A stretch of 50,486 nt of DNA. Origin: Paraglomus brasilianum. Taxonomy: Eukaryota. Positions 23,430-43,158 of the stretch are shown here, piece by piece; position 1 is the first letter of the stretch; every line of letters starts with the position of its first letter. The notes below the pieces were generated by a model, which searched no databases, was not told the origin of the DNA, and saw only the letters and a program-made list of their open reading frames with translations. A program made the position numbers and the translations under genes. Location of the stretch: assembly GCA_910592345.1 (NCBI GenBank), contig CAJVPI010000133.1, forward strand, positions 1 to 50,486, in the 5' to 3' direction.

Positions 23430-26400
23430 CTAGTCTACTTTAATGCTCGCAAAGATCTTGCGAATAAACACCAAACATGCAAAATATCCAATGGCACCTG
23501 TAGACATAACAATATGAACGAGTTAGTAGAGGAATACATAACGTAATCGTAATGATATAGTAAACGTAAACTAAAAGAACTTTATATATGTGGTGCTTCT
23601 ACCGAACGCTGTACTCACCCGTCAGTATAAAGAACAGTAAACTCATTACTGAAGTCCATCCAAAGTATACAACAATGCTCGTGAACGATGTTATGTGGAG
23701 TTTGGTTGTATAGTACATAATCGAATACAAGAAAATATACAACCCAGATGCGCCTGACGTCAAGAATGCTCTCCATGACCAATGATAATCCTATTCAATA
23801 TTGACGAACACATCAGGAATTCGATTCTGCAATACAATGACTCCCCAAAAAAAAACAAACCCCCCCCCAGATATTTCAATTACCTCAGCGCAGAGATGGA
23901 AATAGCATAGCAATATAGTGACCTCGGAACAAGTAATGGTCAAAATAACAAACACCAAAGATGCAATTCCAAAGAGATAATATATCTTGCTTCCCCAGAT
24001 GCTGCTCATGATGAAATACAATTCGATGAAAATCGCACCAAATGGAAGTACACCTCCCATAAGCATGGAAGGTATAGGACGAAGGTAGAAGACTTGATCG
24101 GGAATTTGTCGCGGAATTGGATTTGTTCTAACTGGATGTTCAATAGCCTGATTTTAAAGTAGAACGAGTTAGAAATAGAATGTGACAACAACATTAAATA
24201 CGATAGTGAAGAAGAAAAAGAGGGAGCTGGGGGGAGAAAGAGAAACCTAACTACGATAGTAATTTTAAACCGAAAAGTTGTATTCATAGTTATCACAATA
24301 AGCCAAATTTCTCGCGTACTTACTGGTTTTTTGAATCCAATATAGGATCCGATGCAACTCAACGGAACAGATATAAGGAACCACAAAACAATAGTACCGA
24401 TCATAGTAGTTGCAGGTACAGCGCCAGATGAATTTGCTCCCACAAGGAAGAAGTTGATGGTGAATAGTATGGAAAATATCAAACTGATGTATAAACAAAA
24501 GCAAGAGCATTAACAACATCGATTACATATTACTTGACCAATTGCATTCATCTTTGTACTTACATTGGGAGTAGCGTAGCAGTCATTATAATATTCTTAT
24601 TCCAAGACTTTCCGGCGAACATCTTGTATACGCGGGCTGAAACATATCCGGATACACTTGCAAAGAGCATATAGAAAATTATCATGACCGTCGCAAGCGA
24701 ACCTCTATTTGAAGGAGAAAGGAAACCAAGTACGGCAAAAACTACAAAGGTGCGAACAAACGTTGATGGTAAAAGTTCTTTCATTAGCAAGACACAAAAT
24801 GCATAAACAAGACCATGGCATAATTTTTAATATAACTTCATCGCTCACCGAGAGTAACTGCTGTCATGCAGAATAGCTGTATACCGTTGCCCAATAATAC
24901 GGATAATAGCATGACATTGGAAGGAGGTCGAAAAACATCTCCGTGTACTAACTTCCATCCAAAATCTTCTTGTACATCCTCCTAAAGAATCAAAACCAAA
25001 ATGTCAGTATACTCAAATCCCACATTCTTCTCCCCTTTTCCCCTCCAACGCATTTTTATCTCTGCCAAACCCAAACATGCCTGAGAATCGAGTTGATTGT
25101 ATCTCGAGATATCCTTATGCAATGCACGGAGCAAGATCATGGCTACCATTCCAGTTAGGAATAGTACGATAACGATTGAATTGACTAGACTGAACCAGTG
25201 GATTTTTGGATCAAAGACGTGGAGATAGCTATCCCATCGAGTCGCCCATTGAATTTGTGGATCCTAGGAATAGAGAGAGAAAGGAGAATCAAACAAATAT
25301 TAAAAACAGATAAATATGTCGACAGCGTACATCAATAATTAGTTTAACTCGTCTGCAGTAATCTTACCAATTCCCATTTCACTTCGTAAGTAAAAATCAC
25401 TTTATTATCCTTGTCCTCGTCTAGAGAGAGAGCCGGCAATGGAGCGTTGCAAGCAGCCTTTCCAGTCGTTGAATACTTACGACTATGTATCAAATTATAA
25501 TAACATTAATCTCTATTGCACAGAATTCTTCAGTTCAACAAGATTTCAGTCTTGGACATTACACAGGACACTTTTACTCATTCTTCACATTCTAATCCTA
25601 TCCAGTTTTTTCTTCTTCACCTATATTATATATATCTCCTCATCCAATCTTACCTTGCAGGTCGAACGAAAACGCCCACAACTCTATATTTATCTTCCTG
25701 TTGATGCACCTTGACGGTAATCGCGTAATGATTATTGAATTCCGGTTTTCCGTTTAGCTGACCTAAAACGAATCCAACTCCAGAGTAAAGTTTCTTGCCA
25801 TCTGCCATACTGGTTGCTGCCGGAAGACCATCAATGAGCCAATTTATAACGTAGTTCTCCCGAATGCGAGCGTTAATAAATTTGGCATCTTCCGGGGGAA
25901 TGGTTACTACTTCGTCACAGAGAGTTTTACAATCGACAGGGATCTGCATGTTGAGCTGACAGTTTGCAAAAAGATATGAAATTGTATGTGTTGGTTAACA
26001 CAAGTACAACAAATTCAGGACATATATTAGGATAGTCACAACTATACGAATATGACACAACTAGAACCACAATCGCAACCTCCATTCTCTCACTTCATAT
26101 CTACCCTTCATACCTCAAATCTCGACTTGAAAATCCTGTCGCCGAACAGAATGCTTCCCAAACTCTCACTTTGCATGCTGAGGTCGGCGGGTTTACAAAA
26201 GTGAAACTTTTCATTATAGTAATCATACGGGATCACTGATTTTAATTGTTGTGTCTGTGGTTGGATGCCAGGTGTGAGAGAGTTCACGAGAAGTTCTACT
26301 GTAGAATTTTTTTTGTAGTCGGTGGGAGCCACTCCAGGAAGGTAGAACGAGGCGATGTTGGATGAGCAGGCTAACAGTACGATGAGAAAAAGAAAAATAT

Positions 26401-26431
26401 GCAGCAACGAGCGAGGCCGACAATTCGTCAT
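23430..26431 (-). CDS. EMP70: Transmembrane 9 superfamily protein (nonaspanin, Emp70/TM9SF2-4 type)
   Basis: Signal peptide followed by [69 protein letters not shown] and the C-terminal IKVD*. Multiple introns. Confidence 0.95.
24982..25080 (-). other. GC-AG intron in TM9SF gene
   Basis: CAG|gcatgt ... tttag|GAG joins YNQLDSQ to [10 protein letters not shown] in frame. The nearby GT would be out of frame. Confidence 0.8.
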
Positions 26432-26820
26432 CTTTATTGTATGTAGAATCTATGCCGGAGAAATACGATGGTTGAAATGTTCAGTCTTGGTTTTTGTGCA
26501 GTAAAAAAAAAGCTTGTGCCTTGATTAAAACTAATTATTTTTGTCAAAAACGTGGAGTCATTTCATATGGTTTCTTTATTTAGTCGCACAACGCTGGCAT
26601 GCTGGAAAACAGAAATAAACAGACGAATGGAATGAATGTAACGCCACACAAAATTTTCTGGTCAATTCTTTTGGCAAAACGAGTTTTTTATTAGAAACGA
26701 TAAACGTTTTATACCAATAACTTTAACTTAGTCGCGCAAGTGGAGCAAAGAACAACACGAGGAGCCGACGAGTTGCTGCAGTGATATTAGTTTTTATTTT
26801 GTCCGAATGCTTCATAGAAA

Positions 26821-26866
26821 CACACTAGCAGTCACACTAGCAGTCACACTAGCAGTCACACTAGCA
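26821..26866. repeat. 12-bp tandem repeat (cacactagcagt) x3.8
   Basis: Directly visible in the divergent TM9SF/TBCD intergenic region. Confidence 0.95.
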
Positions 26867-27825
26867 AGCAATGTTATGCCCAAAGCGTGCTCTACCCTTA
26901 ACACACTGGCACGTGTTGCAACTCGTTTAGTACTTATTTAGACGCCATTATTCATATTTTAATTAAGATCTGTAGTGCGACATTTTGAATGTTGCCTGAT
27001 TTTATTGTTTAGCTAGAAACTGCTTAATTAATCATTAATTCCAAACATGAAGAAGAGTAGCCAAACAAAGAATGAATAATAACAGTCCCGTCGCTGTGGT
27101 GACATCATCCTTATGACCGTAAATAGCCCCCATGAAAGTAGGTAAAGTAATTCGCGCGACATCAAATATATTACGTATGATGTCATTGACAGTGCCAAGA
27201 AATGCTTAGATAGCCATTAAATTTATAGCGCTAAATAGTTTATTCAATTGGTAACTACATCTAGCGATGGGAAGAATGTTACATACTCAACTGGGAAGAT
27301 ATCTCAGCCTCTCTGTGAGCATACGTATCGCAAGGTGTTTTTTATCTGTAGCAATGATGTCATCAGAATCTGTAACGACGCGAATCCAGAATTGGTGTTA
27401 ACGTATAACAAAATCATTATTCGTGTAAATTCGTTACAACTCCATTTTTTATTGAATAAAATAAAGCAAAAGTTGTTACTGTGTAATAATAATCATTATC
27501 TACCTATTTGACTTAAACGGACCATGTCATTATAGGACACGCTCGTCAAAAAATTAATTTTTGTTTTTTTCATAATCTCGATACCCTGACTCGTAACCGC
27601 TTTCTGCCCGGCAAGCAACGTAACATTTGAAGTCTGAAGTTTTAATTGCAAATTCTTGCTATCAAATTAGAGACATCAGACTAGTCCAATATTTTTGACC
27701 GCAAAGTTTATGCGCAGTATCTCCGACCAATAATGAAACCGGCAGTTACAAGACCACGTGCAAAACTGAGATTCCATAGTAAGTAGGTATCTTTATTAGA
27801 TTATCGGCAATAAACCGTTTTTGCC

Positions 27826-33960
<6,135 letters not shown>

Positions 33961-34139
33961 ATGAGTTTGTACGCGATAACAGTATCTAATCATTAGAGAG
34001 CAAAATTTATTTTCGATTGTATTCATTATGCAAATCGTGTTGGAAAATTTATTTAAAAAATTTTTTTTAATATAGCCATATCGACAATGTTCATTAGTTA
34101 GATGATCCTGTATCCATCTCCCCATCCGTTATTAATACG

Positions 34140-35078
34140 TCATTCCTCCTCCCCAGATTGTTTTATTAACGCGTAAATCCTCCCAGTGATCCGCGAAGCC
34201 GTTTGCGTGTATGGTTTATTGACAACGACCATTTGGGCGCTCCACATTAAGACGGAAACCCAAAGGGTCATTACATCCTCGAATGATGGTTCAGTAGTCA
34301 CGGGATTATCGTCTGATAGGAGGAAGAGGTGATAGTGAGATGCCAAGCGTTTTGAAAATGATATTTGCGTAAACGCCAAAACGTACCAAACTCTGCATGT
34401 ATATCGAAAATTTCGCCTTCGCGATCCATCGTAACACACAGGTACTCTTTCAACGGATCCATATACTCTAAATCGGTCTTTAGGCCTGCAAATCTAGCCT
34501 TTATCATATCTTCCATGCTGCTTTCCATTTTTGCCCGTGAATCATTATCTTCATTTGAAATTTTCTTGCCATCATCATAAAGTTCTAAACTTCGTTCTCG
34601 CGAGACAGGTCTCATGGAGTAAAATCGTTTCACATTGGCCAAATCGCGAGATAGATGACCGACATATGCGACATAATAAATTTCGCCCTTGAGTACGAGT
34701 TTATAAACTTTGCAGACGTGTTTTTGAGAACCTCTGAGATGAACGATTGTATTAAGATCTGACGGATATGGTGGCTCAAGAGAAGAAAAAGGAAGAGAAA
34801 GCGCAGACAAGGAAGAGAATATAGATGAAAATCTAGAAGTAGTTAAAGAGGAGGAGGGTTTGGTGGAGTGCAGATAAGATATAAATTGGTTTTGTTTGGC
34901 GTACGGCTCGAGGTTGTGTCCGAAGTATGATAGGTAGTGGGCAACTAGAACAAAGAATGGTGAGACGAGGTGAAGAAGTTACGCAAGTGTGTTGAGTGCG
35001 TCACCTACCGTGTTGACAAAATTGTCTGTAATATCTGCGAGCTGAAGCGTGTATTTCAAGCGCAATAGGTTGGTCCAT
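34140..35078 (-). CDS. Hypothetical protein (3 exons)
   Basis: ATG at 35078 MDQPIALEIH..; gtaggt..ctag intron; exon 2 in frame with ORF 34298-34810; gtacgt..cag intron; last exon DNPVTTEPSFEDVMTLW...EEE*. Confidence 0.65.
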
Positions 35079-35108
35079 AAGTCTTTGGGGGGTAAAGGAA
35101 TATTAGTT

Positions 35109-35139
35109 GTATGGTCGTATGGTCGTATGGTCGTATGGT
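35109..35139. repeat. 8-bp tandem repeat (gtatggtc) x3.9
   Basis: Directly visible, just upstream of the 35078 ATG. Confidence 0.9.
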
Positions 35140-36644
35140 AATAGTTTCGTTGTGTATGTTGTATTTTCGGTCGAAGATTTCTCTCAACTTTTCGGGGGAG
35201 TTGTAATTATTAAATATGAAGTGTGATCTAGTGTCAAATCGTGCTCTTTGTTTGTCTGTGGGATATTATTATTCAAGTGAAACGACCTCTTTTTTTTTTA
35301 TTGTTTGAGGACGAGCTATCACCAGATTGATTAGTAAAGTGATTTACATGAGAAGTGGCGACAATGCTGCAAATTTTATTAGCTGCACCTACATGAGCAA
35401 GGAAGGACATATAAGGAATGGTTATCGGAATGGTGGTTGGTATATACTTTTGTTAACAGCCTTGTCATCCCCCCTATTTGCTATCACTCGGGCTTGACAG
35501 CTGTGGTGATCATCCCATGATGACAGCTCGAACGATCTCCGCTCAAGGCGGGAATTATAGTAAACAACCACGTTTGCTTTGTCGTTACACGCTCTTTTGC
35601 ACTATTGGCTGGCAACAACGAATCTAAAAATGCGGGCATTATACTATACTGTATTATATTGTGGATAAATGCCGTATGCTTGGATTGCATGTGCCGAGTA
35701 TGCACTGAGAATATGCATGTATGTCGACTATCTACGATAGAGTTAACAAATCCGCTTCTATTTTCTCAGATAACATGAAACCTTCCATAACAAGCGACCT
35801 GGTGATCAGTATTTTAACCTTCTTTATGATCTCGCAAACTTCCTCTTCTCCGTATTTGTGCGTTATGTTGTCATTGCGTTTTCAACATTGGGCTGATCGT
35901 TGCTCTGTTCGTTTACGCATGTGACAAAGTGAAAAACGCCACGAGAAATTTCAGGGGGTCATTTGCCCATGTATTGTTGGAAATCCACCACATGATTTAT
36001 TGATCTATCACAGCCACAAATACTAACCAGTACATATTAGGGACATGACATCTTTTTCATTTTACCACGAATTTGGGAATAATCATTCAACCAACCCGAT
36101 GGTTGTTATTATAATTATACAACAATTGGTATTAGTATTAACATTTTAATAGAGACAATGAAATGGAAATCATCAAGTTAAAGAGAATTGCAATAAAGAG
36201 GAATGTGGTGGGTGCAACTGTATATGTAATGTGTATAACTGTTTTACTTGACTACATTTACATTGATGGCTAAAATTTAACAAATCCGATTATTGACGTA
36301 TTGATTGTTAGTGTATTTGTTTATATTTTTTACATTATATCACACCAAAATGTAATTCACATTCAACTTGATTAAGATAACTTTTATTTGAAGTTATGTT
36401 ATAACACTTAGCACAATATAATATTATGTCTTTAAACCCAATATATACTTCAAATCGACTTTAGTCGTACTGGAAGTTGCACACATTAACTTTAAATGGC
36501 AACTCGATTAAAAGCGCGACTGAGATTTCATCATGTCCTTAATGTTCAATTAATATGCCTTTCTAATAAACAAGTGGTCTATCTACAGTACGTTAATGCT
36601 GATTCGTTTATCGATATAGCTGTGAACCACTCCACTAATCCCTA

Positions 36645-37291
36645 TGTCGAGCCAACTACCGCGGGAGAGCGTTCAGTAATTGGTCTTTCAATCGAGGATT
36701 GACTAACATCTACATCACTAATACAGTTAGTGACTTTTAAATTCGTACGTTCAGTCTTGTATACGCAAATTCTCGTTATAACTCTATCGATGGGATTGAT
36801 TTCGATGGTCCGTAGGACGTCGGGGAATGATTATACTCCAAAGTAAACCGCGTTTATTATGTGTCAGTCAATCTCAAGATTTAATGGACAATATCGAATC
36901 TACTCAGCAATTTCGTAACCTGTAATTTACAGCAAAAAAGGCAGGGCATTTTAAGGTCCAATAATTATATTATTATTATATAAGTAATAGATTAATAGTA
37001 CAAGTAAGATATGTGAACTTCAAAACTGCTGGTGTAATCACAAGTAACAATTTTTCGTCAAAAAGCGGCTGTGAAACAGCAGTCAAAAACGCATTTGGAA
37101 CCGTAAGATCCCGGTCACAAAAAAGTTGAGAATTATACGAACGCCACAGAGGTAATAGTAGTGAATCACTCGAAGACGTATTTATCGATTGAATTGGCGT
37201 CTGAAAGGTCATTAACTGTCGTTATACTTAACTTAGTGAGTGGGAGTAGCCACAATTCCATTGAAAAAAAAGTTAAATCCCAGGTGTCGAT
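36645..37291. repeat. Dispersed repeat X, copy C (longest)
   Basis: The 5' part matches 3017-3335 and the 3' end matches 1-43. Confidence 0.8.
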
Positions 37292-37575
37292 AGTCATGCG
37301 GCACGTTAATTAAAATTATACGCGGGACTTATCTGACTTATTAACCAGTGATGATATTTTACTGCGTGTACTCCGAAATGTGTTACTATAATATTGTGAC
37401 AATCGCACTGATGTGTTGCACTAGGCAATAAATTGATACCCGTTTATGCTTTACTATTGGTTGACAGTCGCAAACTCTCACGCTCCTTACTGCGTAGATA
37501 ACAGTATTTATAAGGGCGGTACGACAGCAATTAATAATATCAAGTACTACCAATATGTGTCATCTTACGTTATCT

Positions 37576-37599
37576 AACACGCGAACACGCGAACACGCG
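37576..37599. repeat. 8-bp tandem repeat (aacacgcg) x3
   Basis: Directly visible. Confidence 0.9.
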
Positions 37600-38472
37600 T
37601 TTACTCATACATATACTTAAATATACAACGCAACAAACCTTTGCCGCTACCATATTACGCACATAATGACAGTTTACCACAACTTACGAACAAGACTCAA
37701 ACAATGAACCCTTAACAGTCAATAAAACACGGTTATCGACCACATAACCGACGAAGAGTTTGCGCAAGAACGCCCTCCCTGACTACACAACGCACACAAA
37801 TTCGCTTCTCCATTATTAACGTATATTGCACCGAATAGATTTATTGTACGTTATTCACACATCGACATCTTTTTAGCAAAAGGCATCTTTTCGTCTTCAC
37901 GAATAGGCAAACTAACTATTATAATATCTATTATACACTTAGAAGTTACATACGGTCACTTCCTCGATTTCAAAAAGTATCCCGACACGTGATCCCGTTC
38001 TTCCCACTACTTGACAACTCGCTCACAACTCGGATTGCTTCTGACTATATTAACAAAATAGTAATGCTTCATTACTTTGTCAACGTCCTAATCGCCTACT
38101 CAACGTATTCGTCAACGCCAATCCTAATATTAGAGGATTACAACTTCTCCTTCAATAACCGAGCGAACTAACATGTATTTTGACCAATTACCGACCTGCT
38201 ACCACAATGCGAATTAAAATCTTTTTTGCTGAAAAGATGCGGCAACAATCCAGACCAGACCTAACCTTCAGAGACCTGATGCAAATCATATAACACTGAA
38301 GAAAGTGCGATGGTAAAGAACGCAGCAAACCCATAATTGAATAGATGACTGCAGCCAATATTAAACGGCGTTGAGGCAGCAACATAGACATAAATTTAGA
38401 GTCATGTGACTCGTATTTAAATATTAGTTTATCTTATAACAGGCATACTTATATTAGTTCTAATAGAGTAGA

Positions 38473-38610
38473 GGACTTAAAGTGTAGTCTAGAGCTGGGA
38501 GCCGAAGAGCAAACTGCTACAGTTTGAAATCACTCGACGCTATTAAAGAGGGGAACAGCGATTTGATCAAGTGACTTCTGCGGTACTGAGATAGAGTAGA
38601 ATTTAAGTCC
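38473..38610. other. Multi-stem fold-back element (candidate structured RNA or palindromic DNA element)
   Basis: Closing stem ggacttaaa/tttaagtcc; hairpin caaactg-cta-cagtttg; nested stems gaaatcactcga/tcaagtgacttc and cgctatt/aacagcg. Confidence 0.45.
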
Positions 38611-39236
38611 GAAAAACATTTAAATTATTTTTGGATTAAAAGGTACAAAATAAATATGCAGGCTGTCCGGCTTGCAAATGTTCTAACTCTTGTTATCAAA
38701 TAATAGTGGTCAATAAATTGATTTGTAGATCTACAGCGTGTTACTCAAAACTGCACAAACTTAAGATTTTATCGATATCAAATTAATAATTTATTCTTTC
38801 ACCGTTGTTTCTATTGTACCTCACATCTCCTCATTGATCCGATACGGTTAATTAGAACGCTATTCGGAACTCTATCCCATTTTTCTGCCATTACTGCTTT
38901 AATTCTGAAAGATTTTAGGCATACGTATTTCTACATTTCTTTTGAAGATTTTCGATTGGTTAAGTCCGAAATTTTTCGCTAAGAAATGCCATAACTTACG
39001 TTCAGGTCATTATGTCTCGATTGCAAAAAGTTTGACTGATTCGGCATCTTACTGGAAGCGCCAATTATTTCTAAAAAGTTGGTTGATTTCTTGCTACGAT
39101 TGTGCAAAATATCAACATAACGTCGCATCCATCGTTTCTAATACTAAAGCAAAATAGAGAAGTATTTCCGCTTATATAAAATCCTCCCCATGCGAAAATT
39201 TAGTGCGATATTTAGGAATCTGCTGTGCCCTTATAT

Positions 39237-39640
39237 TCTGAATAACTGAAAGGTAATTTCATCAGAAAATAATGTAGTTTCTCAATTATCATTGAAATGT
39301 CTGGTTGCCTAACTAACACGAGTTTCTTTATGAGCAACAGTAAGCATAGGGGCAGACTGTTCTTGTAACCCTATCTTGCAGAAAGTCTTAAAATAGTCAT
39401 ATGAGATACTTTCATGACATTGTTTGTCAATTTAATCACCAAATTTCTTGTAGACAGTTTCGAATTATAGCGTAAATATTGAGTAACTTTCTTGTGACAA
39501 CCACATGCTAACTTTCTTGAATTGTCCCCTTTTTCATTTAGCTTTTTGATGCCAGTCCTAGAATGTATTTTTCTTTGCACAAGTAATTCCATTCAGCCAC
39601 AATCGTAATATGATGTTTCTTTGAGTTTTATTAAAAGACG
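39237..39640 (-). pseudogene. Tc1/mariner (Tc1-like) transposase remnant
   Basis: HTH-like segment STRNLVIKL...VSHMTILR, then (frameshifted, with stops) MLTVAHKETRVS*ATRHFNDN*ETTLFSDEITFQLFR, which carries the first catalytic Asp motif FSDE. Confidence 0.8.
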
Positions 39641-39682
39641 TCATTGTAAAAGCAATTTCTCAACAAAACAAACAGATCATTA

Positions 39683-39852
39683 CAGTCGCACTCCCTTATA
39701 GTCACACCATCGGGACCATAGGAAATTTTTGACAAAGTGGTAACTATATGTGTTATGTTTATTAAGAGGCTAGACCTCCAAGATGTGTGACTATACAGAG
39801 AATTTACATAGTGTGTGACCATATGGAAGGTGACTATAGCGGAGTGCGACTG
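39683..39852. mobile_element. MITE, pogo/Tigger-like (170 bp, TA target-site duplication)
   Basis: TA|cagtcgcactcccttatagtcac ... gtgactatagcggagtgcgactg|TA, with internal gtgactata repeats. Confidence 0.92.
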
Positions 39853-40200
39853 TATTTACAACTTTATTTGTTTACAGTTTAAATATAACGCGTATTGCTT
39901 TTATTTTGGTAATTATTTCTAAACCGTTATTTGTTTCACACGTTCTGGTTTTTAGTAGAAAAAAACGACTTATCAAAACACTGAACATGTTAAATTTACG
40001 CTACTTGTAATATCGATTGCGTTAGTCTATAGATTTTAGTCCTCAATTATGCATGATGGCTGTTATTTTTAGGTCATGATCTACAAGCCTGAGAAATAAA
40101 CTATTATTAGTAAAGAATATGTGACACTTGACGTTGATCCCCTCAACATTCCGACCAAATAATAATCACGAACACTTGTTGGGTGTTTGCAAGCATTTAT

Positions 40201-42571
40201 ATGATGATCTTTAGAGGACTGTCACGTTTTCGAAAGGTTCAAACAACGTCCACGTTGATTACACGACGATACGCAAGTTCTAGAACGAAATTATACATTA
40301 ACGGAGAATTTATCGAATCTCGCACTAACAAATGGATTCCACTACACAATCCAGTAAGCGTATTATACTACGACTTTATGTTTAAAGAATATGATACTTT
40401 CAATTGCTAACAAATCAAAATTCGAAGGCAACAAATGAGCTCATAACAGAGGTACCAGAACCAATCCAAGAAGAACTTGATGCGGCCGCTGTTGCATCGC
40501 AAGAGGCCTTTCTCACTTGGCGGGAGAGCTCCATTCTTACTCGACAACGTTTTCTGCTCGATCTGCAGCATCTCATTCGCGAGAATACGGATCGAATTGC
40601 CAAAGCTATTACCGAGGAGCAGGGGAAAACGATTCCCGATGCGAAGGGCGATGTATTCAGAGGATTACAAGTTGTTGAAAATGCCTGTGGTGTTACAAAT
40701 CTCATGATGGGAGATAACTTGGAAGTATCGAGAGACATGGATACATATACGATCAGGGAGCCGTTGGGTGTTACAGCTGGGATATGTCCATTTAATTTCC
40801 CAGCCATGATACCTCTTTGGATGTTCCCTCTAGCTATAGCAACAGGGAATACGATGATAGTTAAACCATCGGAAAGAGATCCAGGTGCAATGATGATATT
40901 GGCTGAACTGACTAAAGAGGCCGGATTGCCTAACGGAGTGTTGAATGTTGTACATGGATCTGTGGATACTGTCAATTATCTAATTGATAATGAAACCATT
41001 AAAGCCATTTCTTTCGTAGGTAGTGATAAGGGTGAGTATAATGATATCGAGAATGCTATTGGTACAACCGTGTAAGTGTTAACATGAATCTCAAACTGTG
41101 ATTTGTAGCCGGAAAGTATATTCATTCAAGAGGTACTGCAAAAGGCAAGAGAGTTCAGGTTGGCATTGTGATTAGTGTTCAGCTAGTGAATGAACGTTCC
41201 GTAGTTGACTGATGCTTCCTATAAAGGCCAATCTAGCTGCAAAAAACCACGGTGTGATTATGCCGGATGCAAACAAGGTTCTCAGCATTTGTTCAAACAA
41301 TATTATTAACGCGCTTTGCATGATTAGTCAAGTGTTGCTTTCTTATTATATGAGTGATACTGCTAACTGTCGGATATTATTTCAGAATCATACGCTAAAT
41401 TCACTGTCTGGTGCAGCATTTGGAGCAGCAGGACAACGATGCATGGTAATTACTGGTTGATCGGTATAAAAAAAAAGCCTTAGCATTTAAATATTTATAA
41501 TAATTTGTTTTATTTCTTACTTTACCGTCATGGATCCATAGGCCCTTTCTACAGCAATATTCGTTGGTGAAACAAAAAAGTGGCTTCCCGAACTAATCGA
41601 GCGCGCTTCCAAACTCAAAGTCACAGGTGGCCTTGAACCAGATGCTGATCTTGGGCCATTGATCAGTCCTCAAGCTAAACAGCGTGTGGAGACACTGATT
41701 CAAAGTGGAGTTGATGAGGGTGCGGACTTAGTGCTGGATGGAAGAAATCCGCAAGTTCCTGACAAGTATAAAAATGGAAACTTTGTTGGTATGTACGCGA
41801 CAATAGTATGATTGAAGAGTGTAATGATTATCTGACACTCGGTATTCCGAATAATTATTTATTAGGACCTACTATTCTTGTTAATGTTAAACCACATATG
41901 GAGTGTTATAAGGTGACATGTGATTTTATAGTGACTCCATCGTTTCCGTCTCTCGAGCATTATTAACTACAATTATTCCTTATCTATTATTATAGCAAGA
42001 GATTTTTGGTCCTGTGCTTGTTTGTTTGTTTGTTGATTCTCTCAATGAAGCGATTGAACTGATCAACAAGAATCCATATGGGAATGGTACGGCTATCTTT
42101 ACCAACAGCGGGAGTAATGCTAGATACTTTACTTCTAATATTGGGGCTGGGCAGGTTGGAAGTAAGTATCCTTATTGACGATTGCTTGGTTGATTTTGTT
42201 ACGATTTATATAACTCTTGCTTTGTTATTTAGTCAATGTCCCCATTCCTGTTCCATTGCCAATGTTTTCTTTTACTGGAAATCGTGAGTCAATACGAGGC
42301 GACATTAATTTTTGTGAGTATTGTTTGTTGTTGTTTTTTTCAGAAATAAATGATTTTTGCTGATTACCGTCTTTTTTCTGTTTTCCAGATGGAAAATCCG
42401 GATTGCAATTCTATACTCAAACGAAAACAGTAACTTCATTGTGGAGACACGAAGACGTAAATGATAACATATCTACTGTCACAATGGTAAGCATATTGAT
42501 AAAGTTGAGAGTATAATATGATTCAATTCTAATTGAACGTCTTGTTTTATTACTAGCCAACAATGCGATGA
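40201..42571 (+). CDS. ALDH6A1: Methylmalonate-semialdehyde dehydrogenase, mitochondrial
   Basis: [104 protein letters not shown]. Multiple GT-AG introns. Confidence 0.96.
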
Positions 42572-43158
42572 GCAAGTGACGGGGAAAAGATGTGACAGGT
42601 TTATATCAGTTTTAATCCTTCAATTAGACAAGTCATATTTATATTCACTTGACCATACCACAAGACCAGCTGTGCCAAATAAGGATGAATACATCAAATG
42701 AACATAATACCGCAGAAATCTTCGCGATTCAACTTTGTGAATGCCCAGAATTGATTTTGTTAAGACGTATTGCAGGAATGCCAACGATTTTTCTAATCTG
42801 CACTATGTAACGAAAACGCTGACACATTGTTGTTTAAATGAAATCTCTGTATAAAATGCTCTTTTAGATATGTAGCATTTTAATATAGGGCACTACTGCA
42901 ACAAAATGCCACCAAATATTTCCGAGGTTCAAACCTGTATCTTTTTTATTCGAAAATAATAAATTTGTTTAACCAAGTTTCGGTAAGGCAAAGAAAAAAG
43001 AAATAAAAACATTTGACACATTACCTGATCGGAGGGAGGGCAATTAACACAAAAATACGGAAAGATGGGTATATTAGAAATGGTCGATGCAAAAACTCGT
43101 TTCGCGTGCGTGCCAAGTATTACGGGACACGTGATTAAAAATTTGCGCGTTATTATTA

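Noticed and set aside
37660..38171. Possible decayed spliced gene on the + strand
   Set aside because: I could not build a consistent frame or recognise a motif.
38495..38580. Hammerhead ribozyme or TPP riboswitch interpretation of the fold-back element
   Set aside because: The core reads CCGAAGA rather than CUGANGA and lacks the C-GAAA closure and a valid NUH site. CTGAGA is present, but the other TPP motifs are absent.
40415..40975. 186-aa antisense ORF, and similar shadow ORFs over TBCD, IRC3, FMO and the LRR array
   Set aside because: They lie opposite conserved coding exons and show no independent protein signal.
42162..42231. GTATCCTT (U12-like donor) 4 nt inside an MMSDH intron
   Set aside because: The upstream GTAAGT donor gives the correct frame (QVG-INVP), and there is no TCCTTRAC branch site near the acceptor. 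Treated as U2-type; at most a relic.
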